Shown: positions 33,350 to 38,270 of the stretch, one piece after another | Position numbering within the stretch: the stretch's first letter is position 1 | Layout of the letters: the number at the start of each line of letters is the position of its first letter | NCBI RefSeq assembly: GCF_001194135.2 | Contig: NC_069004.1 | Coordinates: 25,300,102 to 25,338,371, forward strand | Direction of reading: 5' to 3' | Length of the DNA stretch: 38,270 bases | Origin: Octopus bimaculoides | Taxonomy: Eukaryota | Position numbers and translations under genes: made by a program | Notes under the pieces: model-generated | The model's database searches: none | What the model was told of the DNA's origin: nothing | Seen by the model: only the letters and a program-made list of their open reading frames with translations

Positions 33350-33749
33350 GGAAGGACCCAGCAGAGTTTTTAGCACACTGGCAGAATCGTTAGCACGCCA
33401 GGCAAAATGCTTAGTGATATTTCGTCTGTCTTTACATTCTGAGTTCAAATTCCACCGGATTCAGTTTTGCTTTTCATCCTTTTGGGATTGATAAAATAAG
33501 TATTGGGGTCACTTGTAATCGACTTAGCCCCCCACCCCCTAACTTGCTGGTCCTGTGCTAAAACTTGAAACCAATATTTGCCTTCTCTTACCATTCTTGC
33601 TATTCTCAATTCCAGGTGGAAATGGTTACATAAATGATTACCCTGTTGGAAGAATTACTCGTGATGCAAAACTCTATGAAATCGGTGCTGGCACCAGTGA
33701 AGTCCGACGCCTTATCATTGCTCGTGCCATCAATGCTTTCTATCGATAA
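6139..33749 (+). CDS. IVD: Isovaleryl-CoA dehydrogenase, mitochondrial precursor; 12 coding exons, 1269 nt, 422 aa
   Basis: Exons join in frame across GT-AG introns (141+90+52+170+94+137+97+94+82+105+73+134 nt). Acyl-CoA dehydrogenase motifs [21 protein letters not shown] and KLGMRGSNT are present. IVD-type catalytic Glu in GLDYERL (E282, 27186-27188) and YEIGAGTSE with Gly-Ala where MCAD has Tyr-Glu. Confidence 0.97.
6639..6722. repeat. (TA)n-(TG)n compound microsatellite in intron 1
   Basis: Read directly from the sequence. Confidence 0.95.
7657..7894. repeat. Degenerate telomere-like array: (TTAGGG)-type tract, short spacer, then (CCCTAA)-type tract
   Basis: Read directly; 50- and 38-bp higher-order units ending in TCACGA. 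Confidence 0.9.
8087..8518 (+). mobile_element. SINE family S2a (tRNA head, CORE-like segment, (TG)n, GTAAAAGA-type tail)
   Basis: GCTGTGTGGTAAG A-box region and GCACCTTGGGCAAGTGTCTT segment; this copy lacks part of the B-box. Multiple copies in the window. Confidence 0.85.
8677..8993 (+). mobile_element. SINE family S3, older copy
   Basis: GAGTTCGATTCC B-box; tail homologous to the other S3 copies. Confidence 0.75.
9211..9300 (+). CDS. IVD: IVD exon 2: [30 protein letters not shown]
   Basis: TTTTAG acceptor, GTAAGT donor, 90 nt, phase 0-0. Confidence 0.95.
9861..10283 (-). mobile_element. SINE family S2a, full length
   Basis: Reverse complement of the 8087 and 14696 type; tail is a tandem TTTTACTC repeat. 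Confidence 0.88.
11018..11625. mobile_element. piggyBac-type MITE interrupted by an RTE insertion
   Basis: TIRs CCCTCTAGCATT (11018-29) and AATGCTAAAGGG (11614-25), 11/12 match; flanks TTGA and TGAA read as decayed TTAA. Confidence 0.65.
11221..11585. mobile_element. RTE-clade LINE 3' fragment with an inverted 5' segment
   Basis: Minus 11418 to 11221: [50 protein letters not shown]. Plus 11421-11585: [34 protein letters not shown]...RTIK. Confidence 0.85.
11824..11875 (+). CDS. IVD: IVD exon 3: [17 protein letters not shown]
   Basis: TTTAG acceptor, GTAAGT donor, 52 nt. Confidence 0.95.
12008..12053 (+). ncRNA. Minimal type I hammerhead motif (family H2, Penelope-like)
   Basis: GACAC / CUGAUGA / A / GGCUG-loop-CAGCC / GAAAC-GUU (palindrome AACGUU) / GUGUU. 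Confidence 0.65.
12098..12235 (-). mobile_element. hAT-Charlie-type non-autonomous end fragment
   Basis: Terminus CAGTGGTTCTCAA on the minus strand; paralog at 2858-3024. Confidence 0.55.
12905..13185 (+). mobile_element. Old tRNA-headed SINE, possibly V-domain type
   Basis: GGGTTCAATTTC B-box and GTTCTTGGGCAAAACACTTT; the ACCCTGTGACAGAATAGCCTTCCAATGAGGAGG segment recalls the V domain (from memory). Confidence 0.45.
13211..13595 (-). mobile_element. SINE family S2a, full length
   Basis: Highly similar to 9861-10283. Confidence 0.88.
13618..13837. mobile_element. H1-family copy lacking the hammerhead, with an inverted 5' duplication
   Basis: 13674-13837 matches about 1853-2017; 13618-13660 is the exact reverse complement of 1851-1893. 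Confidence 0.8.
14696..15080 (+). mobile_element. SINE family S2a
   Basis: Same head, body and tail as the other S2a copies. Confidence 0.85.
15420..15770 (-). mobile_element. Unclassified repeat, possibly a Penelope-like terminal remnant
   Basis: GGTGGCAGCTGATGAAGG motif inside a T-rich minus-strand context; no intact hammerhead. Confidence 0.3.
16378..16467 (+). ncRNA. Type I hammerhead ribozyme motif (family H1, copy B), all core elements intact
   Basis: AUUUCC/GGAAAU stem I (6 bp), CUGAAGA, GAAGAUUA/UAAUCUUC stem II (8 bp), GAAA, palindromic ACAUAUGU, GUU site. Confidence 0.85.
17619..17771 (-). mobile_element. Young RTE-type 3' end (family R1), 5'-truncated, (GAT)n tail
   Basis: Near-identical to the 26.4, 29.8, 31.7 and 34.8 kb copies. 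Confidence 0.8.
18270..18439 (+). CDS. IVD: IVD exon 4: (S)[12 protein letters not shown]...[26 protein letters not shown]
   Basis: TTTTGCAG acceptor, GTATGT donor, 170 nt. Confidence 0.96.
18960..19329 (-). mobile_element. tRNA-headed SINE S3b (S3 tail, different body)
   Basis: A-box TGGCCCAGTGG, B-box GGTTTCGATTCCC; near-identical to 38005-38270. Confidence 0.85.
19371..19790 (+). mobile_element. RTE-clade LINE ORF C-terminus plus 3' UTR
   Basis: [12 protein letters not shown]...[22 protein letters not shown]...RDQEMW, then tandem GCTGxTGxCACRTAAAAG-like UTR units. Confidence 0.85.
19839..19932 (+). CDS. IVD: IVD exon 5: [31 protein letters not shown]
   Basis: TTTACAG acceptor, GTAACA donor, 94 nt; FAD-binding SEPxxGSD motif. 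Confidence 0.96.
20800..20936 (+). CDS. IVD: IVD exon 6: (G)[27 protein letters not shown]...ISAFLIEK
   Basis: GATCAG acceptor, GTAAGA donor, 137 nt. Confidence 0.96.
21011..21170 (-). mobile_element. SINE S2, 5' half
   Basis: Reverse complement of the S2 head and body. Confidence 0.8.
22039..22425 (-). mobile_element. Tc1-like transposase fragment, degraded
   Basis: Frame-shifted reading ...[13 protein letters not shown]..., [59 protein letters not shown]. Confidence 0.85.
22767..22898. mobile_element. Small foldback/MITE-like element with nested hairpins
   Basis: 33-bp inverted repeats (3 mismatches) with TA-rich flanks and a 12-bp internal hairpin. Confidence 0.6.
23103..23157 (-). ncRNA. 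Type I hammerhead ribozyme motif (family H3), antisense to IVD
   Basis: GAGUCCAGUA / CUGAUGA / AGGG-AAAUA-CUCU / GAAA / CCAG-A-CUGG / GUA site / UACUGGGCUU. Confidence 0.82.
23606..23665. repeat. Perfect 29-bp-arm palindrome (2-nt loop)
   Basis: ATCTTTTGTTCATCAGTACACGTATGGTC-AA-GACCATACGTGTACTGATGAACAAAAGAT. Confidence 0.9.
24323..24419 (+). CDS. IVD: IVD exon 7: [32 protein letters not shown]
   Basis: TTTTCAG acceptor, GTATTT donor, 97 nt. Confidence 0.96.
24461..24697. repeat. (CTA/CCA)n compound microsatellite just after exon 7
   Basis: Read directly from the sequence. Confidence 0.92.
24788..25086. mobile_element. Tc1/mariner-type MITE, about 300 bp
   Basis: 24-bp terminal inverted repeats including terminal TA (TATTTCCTTCAAACTTTGCTTTTG / CAAAAGCAAAGTTTGAAGGGAATA), 23/24 match. 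Confidence 0.7.
25205..25537. repeat. Compound (ATT)(CAT)(CTT) and (AAT/GAT) trinucleotide tracts
   Basis: Read directly from the sequence. Confidence 0.9.
25621..26933 (+). mobile_element. Internally deleted mariner element with both TIRs and TA flanks, carrying a nested R1 insertion
   Basis: Left TACGAGGTGGTACCCAAAAG; right reverse complement [44 protein letters not shown]...KFVPRLL, then [11 protein letters not shown]...LKGKRF...EEYFEG. Confidence 0.85.
26439..26898 (-). mobile_element. Young RTE-type 3' end (R1)
   Basis: (CAT)n on the + strand equals the (GAT)n tail; homologous to 29556-29990. Confidence 0.82.
27124..27217 (+). CDS. IVD: IVD exon 8: (V)[30 protein letters not shown]; contains the catalytic Glu
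   Basis: TTTCAG acceptor, GTTAGT donor, 94 nt. Confidence 0.96.
27410..27491 (+). CDS. IVD: IVD exon 9: (G)[27 protein letters not shown]
   Basis: TTCCAG acceptor, GTTGGT donor, 82 nt. Confidence 0.95.
27620..28050. mobile_element. Foldback element with about 97-bp inverted arms; the left arm abuts a hammerhead-like motif
   Basis: 27620-27716 versus 27954-28050 are reverse complements with few mismatches. Confidence 0.8.
27704..27744 (-). ncRNA. Hammerhead-like motif (family H4), weak stem I
   Basis: CUGAAGA / A / GGAAUU-GU-AAUUCC / GAAA-UA-UC; stem I is only about 2 bp. Confidence 0.45.
28525..28968 (+). mobile_element. SINE S2b (S2 head and body plus RTE-type tail), old
   Basis: S2 5' half, (TG)n, then ...GGTTGGTGACTGCAAGAGCATC...GGATGTTAAAAGATGAT. 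Confidence 0.7.
29029..29133 (+). CDS. IVD: IVD exon 10: [35 protein letters not shown]
   Basis: TTTTACAG acceptor, GTAAGT donor, 105 nt, phase 0-0. Confidence 0.96.
29556..29990 (+). mobile_element. Young RTE-type 3' end (R1)
   Basis: Ends GGAAAGCGGACGTTAAAC(GAT)n. Confidence 0.85.
30596..30710. repeat. (TCTA)n/(TC)n tract
   Basis: Read directly from the sequence. Confidence 0.9.
30786..30858 (+). CDS. IVD: IVD exon 11: [24 protein letters not shown]
   Basis: TTTACCAG acceptor, GTGAGT donor, 73 nt. Confidence 0.96.
30883..30955. repeat. (AG)n microsatellite just after exon 11
   Basis: Read directly from the sequence. Confidence 0.92.
31686..31925 (-). mobile_element. Young RTE-type 3' end (R1), 5'-truncated
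   Basis: Near-identical to the 26439 copy. Confidence 0.85.
33616..33749 (+). CDS. IVD: IVD exon 12: (G)[43 protein letters not shown]
   Basis: TTCCAG acceptor; TAA at 33747-33749. Confidence 0.97.
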
Positions 33750-34120
33750 CCAACAGAATTTTCTTTTATTTTAGTTCTTCCTTTTGGCTTTTTATTTTTC
33801 TTCTTCTCTATGTCAGTCATCAAGGCTAGTCAACTCACCTGTGAACATCGATATATTAAAGATAAGACTGTAGTTGCACAGAATAACGTAATAAGCCAAC
33901 TGTATTTATATTTGGATTTGTTGGAGGAAAAGCCTTGTTTGTATTTTGGGGGACAGATTTGGCATGAAGGTGACTTGGGAGTGAAAGTTTAAAGAATTTT
34001 TAGATATATTATTTGCTGGATATATGAAAACTGAAATGAAATACGAAAAGACAATCACACCCTGGTACAACTGAAAAAGAATACTTACAAGAAAACAAAA
34101 TGATGAATTATGGAAAATTG

Positions 34121-34126
34121 ATTAAA
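34121..34126 (+). promoter_or_regulatory. Candidate IVD polyadenylation signal (ATTAAA)
   Basis: ATTAAA followed about 35 nt later by a U-rich tract. Another ATTAAA lies at 33855. No AATAAA was seen in the proximal 3' region. Confidence 0.35.
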
Positions 34127-34218
34127 GTATCGTTTTTAGTAATATAATGGAGCTATTTAGTTTTTTTTTCCTTTTTTGTTTTTATCTTTTGGTGTGTTTT
34201 TTTTTTTGGCAAAGTGCA

Positions 34219-34697
34219 GGCATGGCTGTGAGGTTAAGAAGCATACTTCCCAACCATGTGGTCTTGGGTTCACTTCCACTGTACAGCATCCTGTGTAAGA
34301 ATCTTCTACTATAACCTTGAGCCAACCAAAGCCTAGTGAGTGGATTTGACAGAAGGAAGCTGAAAGAAACCCACTAATTACATATATGTGTATGCTTCTG
34401 TGTATGTGTGTGCGCACATGCATATGTGTGCATGCATGTGAGTGTGTGTATGTGTTGTGTGTGTTTGCATGTACCTTTGTCTAGATATCTTATGATGATC
34501 ATGAATGAGCATCATCATACAAGCGGGTTTGTTCAGTTCCCAACTTCCATGGAAAACATGCCTTGGTTGTTGGGAAGTATTACTTTGCTTGGAAACAGTC
34601 GCGACTAAGGGTTAATGACAGGAAAGGCATCCGGCCATGACAGATCTGCCTCAACAAATTCCATTTGATCCATGTTAGCATTGGAAAAGTGGACATT
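34219..34697 (+). mobile_element. SINE S2b (S2 head plus RTE-type tail)
   Basis: S2 5' half, then TGACAGGAAAGGCATCCGGCC...GGAAAAGTGGACATTAGATGTTGATGAT. Confidence 0.7.
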
Positions 34698-34963
34698 AGA
34701 TGTTGATGATGGCACATAAAATACACCATTTTGAGTGTGGCCATTGCCAGTATCTCCTGACTGGCCTTCATGCGGGTGACACGTAAAAGCACCCACTATA
34801 CTCTCTGAGTGGTTGGCGTTAGGAAGGGCATCCAGCTGTAGAAACTCTGCCAAATCAGATTGGAGCCTGGTGTAGCCATTTGGTTTCACCAGTCCTCAGT
34901 CAAATCGTCCAACCCATGCTAGCATGGAAAGCAGACGTTAAACAATGATGATGATGATGATGA
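34698..34963 (+). mobile_element. Young RTE-type 3' end (R1)
   Basis: Same family as 29556-29990, with a (GAT)n tail. Confidence 0.85.
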
Positions 34964-36476
34964 TACCATTAGTTAAATATTTTTTCCGTTTCACAAATAG
35001 CAAACTGACAATGTTCCACTGTCACTCATATATGTATTTTTAGATGTACCCCGCTTATCCTGCAGGTACTTGGTGACCTCACTGGTGCTGATGTCACATG
35101 AAAAGTACCCAATACACTCTGTTAAATGCTTGGCCTTAGGAAGGGCCACCAGTTGTTGAAACCATGCCAAAGCAGACATAGAAACTTGTAGAGCCCTCTG
35201 GCTCGTCTGCTCTCGTCAAACCCCAACCCTTGCCAGCATGGAAAAAGGAATGTTAAATAATGGCGGTGGTGGTGGTGTGTGTGCACATGATGGATCTTCG
35301 CACAGTTTGCTTCTATCAAATTTCACAAGGTATTCTTCAACTACAAATGTCTGGTAGAAGAAAAGCACTCTTACAAAATGCTGTGCAGTGAGATCCCATT
35401 GTAGACCACCTGGTTGAGAAGCAAACGCCTCAACTATTTAACTGATATGAGACTTTCATATTTATACATGAATGAAAAAGTATGTAACAAACAAACAAAC
35501 CAAAAAATTGAAACAAAAACGGCAAAACAAAATATGAAATATTTATTGTTTTTATTGTATGAATTATTTACAAATGATTCAGGGATCAAACTAGACTTCA
35601 TTCTTATTCTTTCACACACACACACACACACAAACCTCCATATTTACAATTTATGAATTGTTGACGTTTTGCTGTAAGTTAACCCTAATCAAGCAGACCT
35701 ATGGTTAAAGGCAAGCCAACCGTGACTTTCACTTCTTTTTAGGGTTAAATAAAGATTACATTATTTAGTGTGTTCTTCCTTTAATTAAGACAACAAAATC
35801 TGATTTTGAGGTAGATTTGGCTACTGCTTATAGCAAATCGAATGACCTTGTAAAGGCACCTTCATTGGCATACTGATGCTTGTTAGTATTGTTACTGTTT
35901 AGCCCCAGGTCACTAGACTTGTGATTGGACAGTCTACACACAGTCCCATATACCCAACATGTCCTGTTAGTATTCATGAGAATCAAGTCAACTTTGACAA
36001 GGTGATCTATGCTCAATGACATTTCAACCGTGACCATCTAGGGTTTTTTTTTATCAGGCATTGAGTACACATGGAGTACCTGGTCCAACGTACTGTGTTT
36101 TTGTTTGTTTGTTTGTTATTTTTTCTTTTTACTTAAGATGGCAGGGAGTTGTGAAATATCTATTACCCAACGGCGGAGTGAACTTCTTACGTGCTCTCAC
36201 AAGCTTCTAGAATACCAGCTGAACCACTCTCAAATCACAAAATACTGCTGTCTTGTTAAGACTGGGTACGTTGGACAATCAAGATGACTTACATATATTC
36301 CTGCTTATGAGAAGCAAAAAAAAAAAAAGGACAGGATTGTCAAAGCTGAAATTCCTTTGAATGTAGGTCTGTTGGATGCTCAGAAATCAACGTGGGGATA
36401 GATAACAGCAAAAAATTAGCTGCAAGTGGAAAATGAAACCAACTCACACGATCTACCTCAACAAAATCTCATTTAT

Positions 36477-36514
<38 letters not shown>

Positions 36515-36921
36515 CACACACACACATACATACATACATACATACATAACGGAGAGGCAGATAAGCACAAGTAGGCTTAATGAGTATATTTACATGGCAT
36601 TCAGAATACTGAGTACAGAATAGAAAATGCAAAAAAATTGTAATAATAGAAATTATATAATAGTCTTATCTTAACAGCTGTTTCGGTGAACCATGGCTTA
36701 TGCAGTAATCACTTCCGTTACATAAAAAAAAAACGCTCATAATGTTGTAGGTATATGGAATAACACAAATTTCTATGGATCCGTTAGAATTGTGATTTAA
36801 GTTCTCATTTATCTGAGGACTATTCCATGAATATCTATAACATGCTTGTATTAGCGTTATCAAACATATACTATATACATATATATATTCATACACACAC
36901 ACACACACATATATATAGTCT

Positions 36922-37310
36922 CAGGCGTGGCTGTGTGTTCAGTTCCACTATGTAGCACCTTGGCCAAGAGTCTTCTATTATAGCATCAGGCCGACCAAAC
37001 CCTCGGTAGACGGAAACTGAAACAAGCTCGTCGTACACACACAAACACACGCACGTACACACAAACACACACGCATGCATACATATTTGCATGTGTGTCT
37101 TTGTGTCTGTGATTGTCTTCTATCACCGTTTGACAACCGGTGTTGGTGTGTTTACGTTTCTGAAACTTAGAGATTCGTTAAAAGAGGCTGATAGAATAAG
37201 TGCTAGGCTTTGAAAAATTGTACTGGGGTTGATTCATTCGACTAAAAATTCTTCAAGGCGGTGCCACAGCATGGCCATCGTCTAACGATTAAAACAAATA
37301 AAACGATAGA
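36922..37310 (+). mobile_element. SINE S2a, degenerate
   Basis: S2 head with a deletion, body and tail. Confidence 0.7.
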
Positions 37311-37644
37311 TATTTACATTCGTAGACCTGCTACAGGACCCATGGTGTGTGCACCTTTTACACATCAACGGCCTCTATAAATTGTTTAAAGAAAAACAGA
37401 AAATATATTTACAAGAGAGTAACTAAGAACTGGTGCTGTATTTAGTAATTATGCTTCACCACAAGAAAGGGATAATGGGTTCTAACATTGGCAGAATGGT
37501 CACATATATTTTCGATTGTTTAGTGTTGAGTTAATGGACTTGATTTCGTAGACTCCAAAGGAATGAAAGCCATAGACGACCTCGGTACGAATTGAACGCA
37601 GAACGTAAAACTACTGAATACTGCATCTCTACCTCAAAGTCCAG

Positions 37645-37998
37645 TCCTTGTGGTGTGGTCACTCGTGAATCTCAATGATCTGGGAGCTATGCCAGTGGAA
37701 CGCAAGCTCTTGGCAAGGTATCGCATGCTTGCACAGGTCAAAGGATACAAGCCAGGCTAATAGGTATTTCCTCTCCTCAAATATGAAGTTATAGTAGCAT
37801 CAGTGACAATTCAAAATTAATAAGATCTGGGAGAGAAAGGTCTTCTCTCAGGGAAACACGAAAGAAGCTGCAAGAAAACAGGGATCCAAATGGACAGAAG
37901 CAAAAAAGACAGACCAAAGCCGAGAAGGGTGGAGAAAAGACATCGATGGCCGATGCTTCATAGGGAGCGAAGGGCGCAAGTAAGTGAATAAATGAGTA
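37645..37998 (+). mobile_element. RTE-derived element: 5'-UTR-like segment joined to an ORF C-terminus and TAAG-type tail
   Basis: EAARKQGSKWTEAKKTDQSREGWRKDIDGRCFIGSEGRK* then TAAGTGAATAAATGAGTAAG. The upstream GATCTGGGAGCTATGCC...AGCTCTTGGCAAGG...CCAGGCTAA resembles RTE 5' UTRs (from memory). Confidence 0.55.
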
Positions 37999-38004
37999 AG
38001 TTGG

Positions 38005-38270
38005 CACTCCGTCGCTTACGACGTCGAGGGTTTCAGTTGATCCGATCAACGGAACAGCCTGCTCGTGAAATTAACGTGCAAGTGGCTGAGCACTCCACAG
38101 ACACGTGTACCCTTAACGTAGTTCTCGAGGATATTCAGCGTGACACAGTGTGACAAGGCTGACCCTTTGAATTACAGGCACAACAGAAACAGGAAGTAAG
38201 AGTGAGAGAAAGTTGTGGTGAAAGAGTACAGCAGGGTTCGCCACCATCCCATGCCGGAGCCTCGTGGAGC
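38005..38270 (-). mobile_element. SINE S3b, runs off the window end
   Basis: Near-identical to 18960-19225. Confidence 0.85.

Larger units (their letters stand above)
29284..33572 (+). mobile_element. Cluster of nine S1 SINE copies (starting at about 29284, 30008, 30976, 32052, 32294, 32636, 32899, 33098, 33376)
   Basis: Each carries the TCTGAGTTCAAATTC...CATCCTTT core or a close variant; all are on the + strand. Confidence 0.85.

Noticed and set aside
253-38270. tRNA-like heads with A and B boxes
   Set aside because: Each continues into a SINE body and tail and lacks a complete cloverleaf, so they are not tRNA genes.
33750-38270. A second protein-coding gene downstream of IVD
   Set aside because: No exon-like ORF with recognisable homology was seen; the region is SINE, LINE and microsatellite sequence.

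Overview
AT-rich, microsatellite- and gap-riddled eukaryotic DNA. The repeat content suggests a coleoid cephalopod, probably Octopus (inference, not proven). It holds one complete protein-coding gene: a 12-exon mitochondrial isovaleryl-CoA dehydrogenase (IVD) on the + strand, 6139-33749, 422 aa, with all 11 introns GT-AG and at the positions I recall for human IVD. The rest is transposon-derived: at least three tRNA-headed SINE families with swapped modules, young and old RTE LINE 3' ends, a CR1-like RT fragment, mariner and Tc1 remnants, and several MITEs. The main unexplained signal is a set of type I hammerhead-ribozyme motifs from at least four unrelated repeat families. They lie at 1761-1846 (+), 12008-12053 (+), 16378-16467 (+), 23103-23157 (-) and, weaker, 27704-27744 (-) and 23644-23718 (+). 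They have short or palindromic stem III as in Penelope-like-element or retrozyme hammerheads, and two are sense in IVD intron 3. Also notable: an RTE insertion with a twin-priming-type 5' inversion inside a piggyBac-type MITE, and a head-to-head TTAGGG/CCCTAA array in intron 1. All structures were read by eye; no folding, alignment or database search was run.
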